Source: Spirochaetia bacterium (GTDB lineage: Bacteria > Spirochaetota > Spirochaetia > SZUA-6 > Bin103). From it: DNA of 64,000 bases. The notes below the pieces were generated by a model that saw nothing but the letters and a program-made list of their open reading frames with translations, did no database searches and was not told the DNA's origin. The DNA is taken from positions 512,001 through 576,000 of the forward strand of contig CBDBOV010000004.1 of assembly GCA_965208575.1 (NCBI GenBank), read 5' to 3'. Position 1 is the first letter of the stretch; every line of letters starts with the position of its first letter. Position numbers and translations under genes: made by a program. This document shows, one piece after another, positions 1 through 10,600 of the stretch.

Positions 1-655
1 TGGCAAGGTGATCGACCGCTGGACCGGAGGACGCTATGGACCACGCGGTGAGTTTGCCGGCTACGCCGAGCAGGCTGGACTGCGAATGGGCTTCCTGGAC
101 GCTCCACGAACGCTGTTCCTCGGTGATGGTGCACACCACAACTGGGAACTGCAGCAGACCCACTTCCCCGGCGCGATACCGATCCTGGACTACTACCACG
201 CGGCTGAGCACCTCGCCGATTACTGCAAGCTGCTGTCTGCTACGCTACGCGATGCCGTCGAGCGCAGCTTGTCCACGATGATGTGGGAAGGCGAGGTGCT
301 GCAGATGATCCACGAGATGAAGCGTTCACTGTCGAAGGTCACCGATACTGACGAAGCGTGGAAGCAGATCAACTACTTCACGAACAACCAGGACCGTATG
401 GACTATGCCCGTTACCGCGATCTCGGGTGGCCGATCGGCAGTGGCTTGGTCGAAGGGCAGTGCAAATTGGTTGTCGGTCGACGCTTCAAGGGCAACGGGA
501 TGAGATGGCGACCGCACGACAACCGCTGCGTGCTACGCACCCGTCTGGCTCTGCTCAACGGCGACCTCAAGCGCTATTTCAGTCCTCCTGACGACTGCGA
601 GATCAAAGCGGCCTGATCGTGTCAACCCCTGTTACCGCTTTTGGCATTGGCACCC
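1..655 (+). mobile_element. ISKra4/UPF0236-like IS, copy 1 (left part outside window; transposase C-terminus 8..616)
   Basis: Appears identical to 1447..2101 (period 1446 bp). Motifs LDYYHA and IGSGLVEGQCK..VGRRFKGNGMRW. Right IR ccgcttttggcattggcaccc ends at 655. Confidence 0.85.
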
Positions 656-663
656 GAACTCAC

Positions 664-2101
664 GGGTGCGAACGCCGAAAGCGGTAGCAAATCATTGACT
701 CTGAGGCGGAAAAAAGGTCTACCTACCCCACGACACCACACCATGGGGAGGTAGACCATGAATACGGAAGGACTTATAACGGCCGCCGAGGGCCTTGTCA
801 AGGAGTTGCAAGGGCGCATCAACGGCGGCCGGATGGATCTCCAGGAGGCGGAAGCCAAGATCCTTGAGATGGTGAACTGGATCGGCGACGAGATGGTGCA
901 GGAAGTGGTAGCCGGACTCGCGGAGCCGACATCCGCCAACCAGATCACGGTTGGCGGTGAGGTGGCAGTGTTCGAGCGGGTGCGTAACCTGCGGTTCATC
1001 AACCGCTTCGGCGAAGAAGTGGTGCACCCGCGGCGCTGCTACCGGTACCGGCACCGGAGCGGAGGCGTGGCGCCGCTGGATGTGAAGCTGGGGATCGACG
1101 GGTGCTTCGGATTCTCACCGCTGATGACGTACCTGATCTGCATGCTGGGCGCGGATGAGTCGTATGCCGGTGCAGCGGCAAAACTGGAGGCGATGCTCGG
1201 GTTCAAGGTGAGCTCGACGGCGGTGCAGCGCACTACCGAGAAGACGGGAGAGCGGATACCCGATACCCCCGACGATCTAATTGATGAGCAGCGTCAGCGG
1301 CAGCCATGTTCCCTGATGGTGGTCGAGGTAGACGGAACGACGAGCCCGCAGATCACGGAGCAGGAAGGGATTACTGGTCTTGCCAGCCTCCGGGCGCCGA
1401 CCTGTTACAAGGAGTGCAACCTGATAGTCATCGAGAAGCACGATGATGGCAAGGTGATCGACCGCTGGACCGGAGGACGCTATGGACCACGCGGTGAGTT
1501 TGCCGGCTACGCCGAGCAGGCTGGACTGCGAATGGGCTTCCTGGACGCTCCACGAACGCTGTTCCTCGGTGATGGTGCACACCACAACTGGGAACTGCAG
1601 CAGACCCACTTCCCCGGCGCGATACCGATCCTGGACTACTACCACGCGGCTGAGCACCTCGCCGATTACTGCAAGCTGCTGTCTGCTACGCTACGCGATG
1701 CCGTCGAGCGCAGCTTGTCCACGATGATGTGGGAAGGCGAGGTGCTGCAGATGATCCACGAGATGAAGCGTTCACTGTCGAAGGTCACCGATACTGACGA
1801 AGCGTGGAAGCAGATCAACTACTTCACGAACAACCAGGACCGTATGGACTATGCCCGTTACCGCGATCTCGGGTGGCCGATCGGCAGTGGCTTGGTCGAA
1901 GGGCAGTGCAAATTGGTTGTCGGTCGACGCTTCAAGGGCAACGGGATGAGATGGCGACCGCACGACAACCGCTGCGTGCTACGCACCCGTCTGGCTCTGC
2001 TCAACGGCGACCTCAAGCGCTATTTCAGTCCTCCTGACGACTGCGAGATCAAAGCGGCCTGATCGTGTCAACCCCTGTTACCGCTTTTGGCATTGGCACC
2101 C
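664..2101 (+). mobile_element. ISKra4/UPF0236-like IS, copy 2 (complete)
   Basis: Left IR gggtgcgaacgccgaaagcggtagc vs reverse complement of right end gggtgccaatgccaaaagcggtaac. Flanked by gaactcac (656-663 and 2103-2110). Confidence 0.85.
758..2062 (+). CDS. DDE transposase, ISKra4/UPF0236 (Mutator-like) family
   Basis: 434 aa; VEVDG, LGDGA..NW, DYYHA and GSGLVE motifs; GGAGG RBS upstream. Confidence 0.85.
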   Translation: MNTEGLITAAEGLVKELQGRINGGRMDLQEAEAKILEMVNWIGDEMVQEVVAGLAEPTSANQITVGGEVAVFERVRNLRFINRFGEEVVHPRRCYRYRHRSGGVAPLDVKLGIDGCFGFSPLMTYLICMLGADESYAGAAAKLEAMLGFKVSSTAVQRTTEKTGERIPDTPDDLIDEQRQRQPCSLMVVEVDGTTSPQITEQEGITGLASLRAPTCYKECNLIVIEKHDDGKVIDRWTGGRYGPRGEFAGYAEQAGLRMGFLDAPRTLFLGDGAHHNWELQQTHFPGAIPILDYYHAAEHLADYCKLLSATLRDAVERSLSTMMWEGEVLQMIHEMKRSLSKVTDTDEAWKQINYFTNNQDRMDYARYRDLGWPIGSGLVEGQCKLVVGRRFKGNGMRWRPHDNRCVLRTRLALLNGDLKRYFSPPDDCEIKAA

Positions 2102-2102
2102 C

Positions 2103-2505
2103 GAACTCACTCACCAAATCCGGCCGTTCCGGCCGCCCGCCAGCGTCGCCGCCACCGGAGGCGGTGAGGTTGAGGTGACCGCCAACGGGCGACTGCGCTG
2201 ACTGTCATCATGGCGCGTCATCATCGATCCGTCGAACCCCAGGCGAGGCAAGCTTGCTGTGGGCGCGGGTACCCTGTCATTGGGGCCGACCCGTGGGACC
2301 TGTGCGTACGCGGCGGACCGGCAGCCCCGCGGTGTCACGCCGGATGCGCCCACCCGTGGCTCCGTCCTGGCCCCATGGGTGGGCATGCGCCGTCGGCTAC
2401 TCCGGAGTCGCGCCCGGAACGCGCCCGACCAGGTCCACGAGCGTCGGGCTGGGTATGGGCGTGAGCTCACCCGTCAGCCCGAAGCAGCGCCTGGACACCG
2501 CGTCG
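2103..2505. repeat. Copy of the shared cassette-upstream module (promoter unit B plus long GC-rich block)
   Basis: Near-identical to 13271-13670; partly to 25975-26290, 33556-33730 and 52627-52840. Confidence 0.85.
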
Positions 2506-2900
2506 CGGAGGTGGCGCGCTTCGACTACGCCGAGGCGGGTCCGCAACTCCTGCTGCAGTCGTTCCTGCAACGGATCGTGAACAGCGGCGGGCGCATCGAG
2601 CGCGAGTACGGCCTGGGGCGGGGGCGCACCGATCTGCTGATCATCTGGCCGCACCCTGGTGGCGCGGGACCGCACGCCGCGGGCAGATTCGTCATCGAGT
2701 GCAAGGTGCTGCACGGGAGCCTGGAGCGCACGATACGCGAGGGGCTGCTGCAGACCGCCGAATACATGGACCGGTGCGCGGCGCAGGCGGGCCACCTGGT
2801 CATCTTCGACCGCGGCGCAGGCAAGCGGTGGGAGGACAAGATCTTCCGCCGCGACGAACGCACCGATGACCGGCACCAGATCACGGTGTGGGGGATGTGA
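2506..2900 (+). pseudogene. C-terminal fragment of AAA-ATPase/PD-(D/E)xK nuclease-like protein
   Basis: RFDYAEAGPQLLLQSFLQRIVNSGGRIEREYGLGRGRTDL..FVIECK..ITVWGM; no N-terminus. Further fragments at 26860-27095, 33735-34127 and 52835-52868. Confidence 0.65.
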
Positions 2901-3054
2901 GCAGTATTCGACCGGCAGCCGCCGACGTTCGGCTGACAGTCTCACCCGGCAATATGGGCATTGCTGAGAGTACGAGCCTCCTCCCTCGTTCCCGGTGACC
3001 CACGCATGTGTTGGAGGTCCATGCCGGTGCGACGATTATATTTGATATGTAACA

Positions 3055-3145
3055 CGTGCCTTCAAGGGGCACGAACGAAAGTCGGAAGATAGTTTCCACT
3101 TTACGGAGTTCTATCCTCGACTTAGAATGTGTCCCTGAAGGGCAC
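3055..3145. promoter_or_regulatory. Paired palindromic operators upstream of abiEi
   Basis: cgtgccttcaaggggcacg (3055-3073) and gtgtccctgaagggcac (3129-3145), conserved in the second copy near 34282-34372. AbiEi proteins are known to autorepress through inverted repeats. Confidence 0.5.
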
Positions 3146-3148
3146 GAA

Positions 3149-3982
3149 ATGCTCATGAACAGTACACCGCTCAAGACCCTGGGGCCCCAGGCGGCGAAGT
3201 TGTTGACGGCGCTCCACGAACGGAGCCGTGCTGTTTTCCGCCTTGAGGATGTCCGGGACATCACGGGTCTCTCCGAAACCTCCGCGAGGAGCTTCACCCG
3301 CAAGCTCGTGAACCGGGGTGTGGCGGCCCGGCTCAAGTCCGGTCTCTACGTCCTGGTCCCCTTCGAGCTGGGAAGGGAGCGGCACTACCTGGGAAACCCT
3401 CTCGTCGTCGCCCGAGAGATCATGCACGGGGAGGACTACTACCTCTCGCACGCCACCGCCATGGAGATCCACGGCATGACGACCCAGCCCCAACTGGTAG
3501 TCATAGTCAGCACCCTGAAGCCCCGGCGATCCCTGACCGCGCTGGGCGTGGAATTCCGGTTCGTTTGCTGCCGGCACAAGCACCTCTTCGGGCTCACTGA
3601 CCACTGGGCGACCAAGCAGGAGAAAGTGCGCGTGAGCGACCTGGAGAGGACGATTATCGACGGACTCAAGCAGCCCGAGCATTGCGGCGGGCTGACCGAG
3701 GTCGCCAAGGGCCTTTGGATGCGGCGCGAGGACGTGAAGGTCGACCGGCTTGTCCAGTACGCCGAGCGGATCGGTGTCGGCGCCGTCGTGCGCCGGCTGG
3801 GGTTCCTGCTGGAGACCTACGAGATAGCCGCGCCGCCGGATCTGGACCGTGTTCGCGCCGGCTTGACGGCGACCTACGTCCGCCTCGACCCGGTCCTTCC
3901 GGCCGAGGGGAAACACCTGCGCCGCTGGCGCCTTCAACTCAACGTCGATCCCCAAGAGCTCCGCGCCGTCGTGAGGACCTGA
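3149..3982 (+). CDS. Type IV TA antitoxin, AbiEi family
   Basis: N-terminal wHTH, RLKSGLY, YYLSHATAMEIHGMTTQ, VSDLERTIIDGL; immediately upstream of an AbiEii gene. Confidence 0.8.
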   Translation: MLMNSTPLKTLGPQAAKLLTALHERSRAVFRLEDVRDITGLSETSARSFTRKLVNRGVAARLKSGLYVLVPFELGRERHYLGNPLVVAREIMHGEDYYLSHATAMEIHGMTTQPQLVVIVSTLKPRRSLTALGVEFRFVCCRHKHLFGLTDHWATKQEKVRVSDLERTIIDGLKQPEHCGGLTEVAKGLWMRREDVKVDRLVQYAERIGVGAVVRRLGFLLETYEIAAPPDLDRVRAGLTATYVRLDPVLPAEGKHLRRWRLQLNVDPQELRAVVRT

Positions 3983-3985
3983 TCC

Positions 3986-4825
3986 ATGATCGCGCAGCGC
4001 GATCTCTCGCTTCTTTCCAACCGACTCGCCCAGCGGGGAGGCCGGCGTATCCCGGAGACCGTCCTGGAGCGCGACTACTGCCTCTCGTGGCTTCTGGTCG
4101 GACTGTCCCGCAGCCCGCTGCGGGAGCGCCTGGCGTTCAAGGGCGGGACCGCGCTCAAGAAGTGCTACTTCGCGGATTACCGGTTCTCGGAGGATCTGGA
4201 CTTCATGTTGACCCAGGAGACGCCGTGGGAGAAGATCGAACGGAACCTGGCGAGGGCGTTCGAGGAGACACGCAGCGTTTCCGGCGTGGAGTTCCGTCTC
4301 GACCACCTCGACCGTCGTGCCCACGAGAACAGCTACACGTTCTACCTGGCCTACGAAGGACCGCTTCCGCGGGCGCGCGGCAAGACCGTCAAGATCGACA
4401 TCACGATCCGGGAGCGCATCGTCCTGCCTCTGGAGGACCGCCCGGTCCTGCGCGGGTACGAGGAGTACCGCGATCTACCCGAGGACGTCCGGGTCCGGGT
4501 CTACTCCCTGAACGAGACGGCACTCGAGAAGATCGTCGCGCTCCTGGACCGGGCCCGGAACGAGCCGCGCGACCTTTACGACCTGTGGTTCCTCACGTCG
4601 GGCGGCCACGTGAACCTGTCCGACTTGGTCAATCCCGTGGCGCAGAAGCTGGAGTTCCGGGGGTTGACACTGGCGCAGGTGGGCAAAGAGTTCACCGCCA
4701 AGGAGGCACGCTACAAGAAGCTGTGGCAGGTCCGCCTCGCGGCGCAGATGGCCGAGCTCCCCGAGTTCAACGCGGTCTACCGCGAGGTCCGGCGCGCCCT
4801 CCGGCAGGGAGGCCTCAGCGGATAA
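3986..4825 (+). CDS. Type IV TA toxin, AbiEii nucleotidyltransferase
   Basis: FKGGTALKK.YF.DYRFSEDLDF, EKIVALL and RDLYDL motifs. Confidence 0.88.
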   Translation: MIAQRDLSLLSNRLAQRGGRRIPETVLERDYCLSWLLVGLSRSPLRERLAFKGGTALKKCYFADYRFSEDLDFMLTQETPWEKIERNLARAFEETRSVSGVEFRLDHLDRRAHENSYTFYLAYEGPLPRARGKTVKIDITIRERIVLPLEDRPVLRGYEEYRDLPEDVRVRVYSLNETALEKIVALLDRARNEPRDLYDLWFLTSGGHVNLSDLVNPVAQKLEFRGLTLAQVGKEFTAKEARYKKLWQVRLAAQMAELPEFNAVYREVRRALRQGGLSG

Positions 4826-5027
4826 CCGAGTCGCTCACAGGGCGTTCTGCCGCCACCGTACGCTATCTCCATCCCTTGGTCGTTGCAGAACAGGAGTCGC
4901 ACCGACCGGCGAATGTGACATTCCGGAGATTCGGACCCCACCGGACTGCGAAGCGCCGGTGCCACCGTCGGGGTGGCTGTCTCCGGGGCTGCGACGGCGT
5001 CGATTCAGCCGATACCCGGCGGGGATC

Positions 5028-5400
5028 GCGTCAGCTCGTCCCCCACTCCGCCCACTTGTCCGGGTCGGCCCACTGCTGACCCACCTCGACGAAGCCGCGC
5101 GGAACGCGGACGCCGTGCTCGAACGGATCGCCGGTGGCCTCCATCCAGCGGTGCGCGCGCCCTCCGGCGAGACCCTGGTCGACTTCGGCCAGAACCTGGT
5201 GGGCCGGGTGCGCATTCGCTTGGCGGCGGAGCCGGGCACCGAGGTGCCGGCGGGCACTGAAGTGACCGTGCGCCACGCCGAGGTGCTGGAGAACGGCGAG
5301 CTGGGGGTGCGCCCGCTGCGCTCGGCCGAGGCCACCGACCGCTACGTCGCCCGCGGCGGCGGCACCGAGGTGTGGGAGCCGCGCTTCACGTTCCACGGCG
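5028..5400. pseudogene. Chimeric debris: sulfatase 3' end (- strand, 5028-5150) joined to a GH78 alpha-L-rhamnosidase fragment (+ strand, 5152-5400)
   Basis: 5028-5150 closely matches 53174-53300. GETLVDFGQNLVGRV..RHAEVLENGEL..WEPRFTFHG is typical of GH78. Confidence 0.7.
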
Positions 5401-6120
5401 CGGAGTTGCTCAGGGAGGTGAAGCGCGCCGCGGCGGAGGACGGGAAGCGGCTGTGCGATCTGTTCGCCGAGGCACTTGCCGGATACCCCGCGGAGCGTGC
5501 TCCGGAGCCTCGCCGCGCGATGCAGGCGTATCGCCGCTTCTGCAGCAACCCCATAGGCGGTATGGGCGCGGGCATGGATGATCTGCGCGAGATCGTCGAC
5601 GACGACCTGCTGGCGCGGTGAAGGATACGGACATCGCCGACGGCTCTCGGTGCGTGCTGGGACACTCGAAGCAGGCGACGGCCCTGCTCGCACGGTGTGC
5701 CGAGGGTGCGGTCAGCGGAATCCTCCCGTTCGCAGCGCTCCTGGAGGTGTGCCACAAGCTCATGCTGATCGAAGCGCGCGCCGGGAACAAGATCTCGGGG
5801 TCGAACCCTGCCCGCAAGTTGTCCGCCCAGCCGGAGGTCGTCAAGGGGCTGCATGCCTATCGGGCCAAGGTGGACGCACTGCTCGAGATGGGTATTCGCG
5901 TCGAGGAACATCGCGTGGCGGACTATACTCGTTGCCTGGAGTTGCAATCCGCTTACGGTCTGCTCGCCATCGACTCCGTGATACTCGCCACGGCCCTTGC
6001 AGGTCCGCGCCGATCACCTGGTGACCACCGATTCTGGCTTCGAAGGAATCGACGAATTGAGTGTAGTCATGGTCGACGACGTAGACGTCCCGGCCACGGT
6101 TCAACACCGGTCCCCGTGAC
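5400..6120 (+). pseudogene. Degraded VapBC-like pair (antitoxin fragment plus frameshifted PIN toxin from 5618)
   Basis: ELLREVKRAAAEDGKRLCDL antitoxin-like segment. PIN: LLEVCHKLM..YGLLAIDSVILATAL, frameshifted before LVTTD. Confidence 0.6.
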
Positions 6121-6522
6121 GGTAGCAGGCGTGGTGGCGTGGCGCTTCACGCGGGCGTGAGGCACGTTGGGACTGGCGGGATCGACCGTGAGCTGCCGGC
6201 GGCCGGGGTTCACGACCAGGTCCATGTCTTCCATGGGAACGGACCCCAACAACACTTCGTCGCCGATCACCAGCGCGCCGACGTAGCAGAACCGCTTTCC
6301 GAAGGCGACCTTCAGCGGCCCGACGTAGGGTACGGTCGCCGTCCTGCCGTCCGCGACCGATACCTCCCGCACCGATTCCGTTTCGAGGTCGAGCTGCCGT
6401 GCCACGTGCTCCGGAATGCACAGCATCAGGGCCCCCGTATCAACCAGCGCGTCCACCTGTACCGGTACGAAGTCGGGGCGCCGGGGATTGCTCAATTCCA
6501 GTTCCGCAAATACGTGGCCCAC
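6067..6522 (-). CDS. Clan AA (retropepsin-like) aspartic protease, AF_0612-like
   Basis: ALVDTGA catalytic motif, VADGR, EVLLGSVPMEDMDL; near-identical copy at 37532..37987. Confidence 0.8.
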   Translation of the reverse strand: MGHVFAELELSNPRRPDFVPVQVDALVDTGALMLCIPEHVARQLDLETESVREVSVADGRTATVPYVGPLKVAFGKRFCYVGALVIGDEVLLGSVPMEDMDLVVNPGRRQLTVDPASPNVPHARVKRHATTPATVTGTGVEPWPGRLRRRP

Positions 6523-6944
6523 GCGTCCTCCCCACTCCCGCAATCATATCATCTCGTTCCCGTGGTTACCTGACTCCCCTGTCGAAGGGCCGCGCCGTCA
6601 TGCGCAACGCTCCCGGCACGCCGCGCAACGACTGGGCGCGTTGACAGCGGCGCCGCGCACAACGGCGTCGATGAAATGCTCCAACGGCCGCGGCAGTGCC
6701 TCCGGCAGGTATGACTGGAACTCCAGGGCTCGCGCTCCGCCAGCCCACGCTGGCACTCGCCAGCGATCATCGCCTTGGTCTCCTCCCAGTCGCTGCCCAG
6801 CGCATCGACGAGCTACCTACTGGGGGTTTGCGGCGGACTGGACCAGGTGGCGGCGAGCATCTCGCCAGCGGTGGATGAAGATCGGGCCCACTACTGTCAG
6901 GACTAATGTGCCCCAAGGCCCCTTGTTCGCGACCGACCGTGTCT

Positions 6945-7700
6945 GCCCACGAACGGACGACGCGTCAGTCGTGTGAAGAGTTTACCTGGTGCCCGGCTTC
7001 CCCGCCGGACTCACCCCGAGGTCAGTGGTGTGTTCCCCGAGCGGCCTGCCGACGGTCGGTGGGGAGCGGGTTCACGGCTCGTGTGGCGTGGCCTCCGACC
7101 TTCGCCACGATGATGCTCAGACCCTGCGATGCCAGTTCGCTGCTTTCAGACTGACCGGTTCGGTCAGCGGGTTCCATGACTCGGCGCTGGTGAGCGTGAT
7201 GGTGCACGTGACTCCGGACGCGCCCAATTCGCCCGCGCCCTCCATGGCGCGGGAACGCCTGTGTCTGTGCGCGCGGCGGACCGCGTCGGACGGGGCCCAC
7301 GAACGGACGACGCGTCAGTCGTGTGACCTGCGCACTTCACCGATTGGTCTGCGGTGCCCGATGATGCGCAGACACTACGATGCCAGGCGCTGCTTCGAGC
7401 TGACCGGCCAGGTCATGCCCATCCACAGCCCGGCGCTCGTCGACTTGGTCGGACGCGTTCCGGGCGCGCCTCCGGAGTAGGACGCGGATGTTACTCCGGA
7501 AGTGCGAAGGTATTGTAAACAGCCGGTGCAGCTCTGACTCGCGCAGTGGATCGAGAATAGCCAACGGGCTCCCAGCCCACGACGTCCCTGTCGCGGGCCG
7601 GGAGCTACATGCCACCCGTGGCGCCAGGGAGGGAGCCACAGGTGGAGGTCACCGCGCATCCGGCGTGACACCGCCCCGGCTGCCGGTCGGCCACGCGAAC
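6945..7700. repeat. Diverged copy of non-coding/decayed mosaic block
   Basis: cccacgaacggacgacgcgtcagtcgtgtga occurs twice (~6946, ~7296). Inverted homology to 38100-38720 and to 2330-2500. Confidence 0.6.
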
Positions 7701-7904
7701 TTCGGTCCCCGCACACCCACCGGTCGGCGCGGCGGTAGCGAAGCTGAAGCATGGCGGCGGCGGGGTGATCGAGCGTGAGGAGATCTAGGGCCGACCCGTT
7801 CGCACATTGGCGGGTGGGGTCGGACGGCCGCCATGCGCAGGCGCGCGTGGCCACCTGGGCCGCCGCAGGCGCGCATCCGTACTGGGAGCGCCATAGGCAC
7901 CCAT

Positions 7905-8807
7905 TCACCCCTCGCCGCCCCTGAGCCTGGGGTCGAGGAGGTCCCGCATGGCGTCGCCGAGCATGTTGAGACTGTAAACGGTAATAGTTAGGGCAAGACC
8001 GGGCCAGAGGGCCAGCCATGGCGCCGCCTCCATGTATAGACGCCCTTCCCTGCTGAGCATACCTCCCCAGCTCGGAACCCCGATTGGCAGACCGAATCCG
8101 AGGAAGCTCAGAGAAGCCTCAGACATAATCACCCCCCCGATGTTGATGCTAAATATGACGATTATGGGAGCCGCAATATTGGGCAGGACATGTCGGATAA
8201 GAGTTCTCCATTTTGAGCTGCCAATCGCCGCCGCCGCCTGAAAATAGACTTTCTCTTTGACACCAATCACGGCGCTGCGAACGATTCTTGAGCTGCCGAT
8301 ACCTCCTGATATCCCCAGGACCAAGATGATCTGGAGCAGACCCCGCCCTGATATGCTCATGATGGTTAACAACAAGAGCAGTCCCGGGAAGGCCATCCAG
8401 GCATCGACAAATCTCTGTACGGCCAGGTCAGATTTACCGCCAAGGAATCCTGAGATTCCACCTATCAGGAGAGCGACGACAACATTAATACTGGTCGCCG
8501 CCATGCCGACAATTATGGAAAGACGAGCCCCGTGGATAAGGCGGCTCAATAAGTCTCGCCCCGCGTAGTCGGTACCCAGCAGATGCCGGGCTGATGAGCT
8601 CTGCATCCTGTCTGCCAGGTTTATTTCCGTGTAGCGATAAGGAGCCAGAGCATCAGCGAAGATAGCCACCAGAATCAACATCAATATGATAATCGCGCAG
8701 GCAGTACCCAGTGGCTTCTCCTTCCACAGCCTGATAAAGAAATCAGCCAGCTTGTTACGTCTCTTTGGCTCACCTACTGCTGATGCTATCCCTGTGACAT
8801 TACTCAT
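7905..8807 (-). CDS. ABC peptide/nickel permease (OppC/DppC-like), cassette 1
   Basis: LLGTD..GRD..SR, HVLPN, EASLSFLGFG, PSWG, GDA.RD.LDPR. Confidence 0.92.
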   Translation of the reverse strand: MSNVTGIASAVGEPKRRNKLADFFIRLWKEKPLGTACAIIILMLILVAIFADALAPYRYTEINLADRMQSSSARHLLGTDYAGRDLLSRLIHGARLSIIVGMAATSINVVVALLIGGISGFLGGKSDLAVQRFVDAWMAFPGLLLLLTIMSISGRGLLQIILVLGISGGIGSSRIVRSAVIGVKEKVYFQAAAAIGSSKWRTLIRHVLPNIAAPIIVIFSINIGGVIMSEASLSFLGFGLPIGVPSWGGMLSREGRLYMEAAPWLALWPGLALTITVYSLNMLGDAMRDLLDPRLRGGEG

Positions 8808-8825
8808 ACTCGTGATTTTTCCCGT

Positions 8826-9824
8826 TTATCTGTAACGGACCCTGGGGTCTAAATAAGGATAAATCAGGTCGATCATTAGATTGTTCCCTACAACCGCCGT
8901 GGCAAAAACCAAGTTTACTCCGGAGACCACCGGGTAGTCTCTGTTTATGAGTGAATCCAGTATGAGGCGACCCAACCCCGGCAGGTTGAATATGTTCTCC
9001 ATGATAACGGAGCCACCTACCAGGATAGGCAACTGCAGGCCTACCAGGGTAACTACCGGGATGAGGGCATTCTTGATGGCGTGTCTGATAACAACTGCCC
9101 TCTCCTTGAGGCCCTTGGACCAGGCCGTCCTGATATAGTCCTGCCTGAGCACCTCCAGCATCATAGTGCGCGTCATCCGCATGGTGGCTGCAGAAGCAGC
9201 CGTACCCAGAATCAGGCTGGGAATGATGAACACCCCGAGATTCCCCAGCGGGTCTTCGGTGAAAGGAATCAGCCGCATCGGTGGCGACCAGCCCCACCAG
9301 ATTGCCGGGTAGAGCATGACCATAAGTGCCAGCCAGAAGTTAGGCGTTGCCAGGCCGATGATGGCGATGGAACGCCCCACATAATCGGCGGCCGTATCCT
9401 GGCGAATCGCCGAGTAGATGCCGACGGGCAGGGCTATCACCAGCCCGATTACGATTGCCATGACGCCAAGCTCAACGGTTACTGGCAAACGATCTATTAT
9501 CCTCTCCTCTATCGTAAAAGCGCCCATCAGTGATTCGCCAAGCGTGCCCTGGAAGAGACCTTTGAAATGGGACTCACCGGTAACCCAGTCAGGGGTCGAC
9601 AACACTCCTATCCAGCGTCCATACTGCACCCAGACAGGCACGTCTAATCCCAGCTTACGCTCCACAACTTCACGGTCAACCTCCCCCCCGAACGATTCCA
9701 TCTTCCCAACCATTATGTCTATTACATCGCCGGGGATGAAGCGGACCGAGAGAAAGACAAGGATGCTCAATATAAACAAGGTAGGGATTATGAGTAATAA
9801 CCGCCTGATGATATAGGCTCTCAT
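8826..9824 (-). CDS. ABC peptide/nickel permease (OppB/DppB-like), cassette 1
   Basis: YIIRRLL, PGD, LRQDYIRTAWSKGL, RHAIKNALIP, RDYPVV, LDPRVR. Confidence 0.93.
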   Translation of the reverse strand: MRAYIIRRLLLIIPTLFILSILVFLSVRFIPGDVIDIMVGKMESFGGEVDREVVERKLGLDVPVWVQYGRWIGVLSTPDWVTGESHFKGLFQGTLGESLMGAFTIEERIIDRLPVTVELGVMAIVIGLVIALPVGIYSAIRQDTAADYVGRSIAIIGLATPNFWLALMVMLYPAIWWGWSPPMRLIPFTEDPLGNLGVFIIPSLILGTAASAATMRMTRTMMLEVLRQDYIRTAWSKGLKERAVVIRHAIKNALIPVVTLVGLQLPILVGGSVIMENIFNLPGLGRLILDSLINRDYPVVSGVNLVFATAVVGNNLMIDLIYPYLDPRVRYR

Positions 9825-9914
9825 GCAACGCTCCTCATTTCAATTTGCCCCGTCATTGCGAGCCCCGATTCTATCGGGGCTTCCTCAAGTTCCTTCACAA
9901 TACTTCCTTGCGAT

Positions 9915-10230
9915 AGTCGGCGTTACCACACCCGTTCGTGGTGAGCCCGTCGAACCACCCCCCCCCCTGGCAAGCGTCTGTAAAAGATCCCAATCTCCGC
10001 GAATCAGCGCCCCCTTCTTCTGCCTGGTCCAGCCCTTGATCTGCCTTCCCGTTCCAGAGCTTCGGCTCTCGTCGAAAAACTCTCCGAAAAAACGAGTGTA
10101 ACTGGACGCTTGTCGCGGGTGTAGCCCGGTAACGCGCCGGCGTCATGAGCCGCCAACCTCGATTCAAGGTTGTCTGTGTGCCCGGTGTAATATGAGCCAT
10201 CCACGCAACGAAGCATGTAAACGAAGAAGC
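9915..10230 (-). pseudogene. GIY-YIG nuclease (UPF0213-like), frameshifted
   Basis: VYMLRCVDGSYYTGHTDNLESR..EALERE, then in another frame QIKGWTRQKK.ALIRGDW. Flanked by ccgttcg..tgagc..gtcgaa REP-like repeats (~9932 and ~10264). Confidence 0.75.
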
Positions 10231-10334
10231 TTACTCGCTGACTCTCGTGTGTCCGTGGACCGCCCTTCGACCGGCTCAGGGCGAACGGTTACAGGGCGAA
10301 CGGACTATCCTAACGGCTATTTCTAAAACTAGGT

Positions 10335-10600
10335 GGCTCTTCACTTCAGGGTTTCGTGTGGGTAGCGCGGTGTTCGACTCCCGTCCGAGTCGGGAAGTAG
10401 TGATGGGCGATGCCCTCAAGCGTCTCAAATTCTGTCCGGGTAGTCGTCTGGGGCGCAGAATCCTGCCCTACAGGGTCTTTTCGGGGCAATCGGACGTGCT
10501 GATCCACGATTACGCCACCAGTCGGATAGCACCGCCTCACCAACCATCCGATTCTGGCAACGGCCGACTGGGAGTTACCCACACGATTTCCTGAAGAGCC
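10335..10600. mobile_element. MITE/internally deleted IS with 8-bp target site duplication
   Basis: Ends GGCTCTTCA..TCGTGTGGGTA in inverted orientation; AACTAGGT at 10327-10334 and 10601-10608. Confidence 0.75.
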
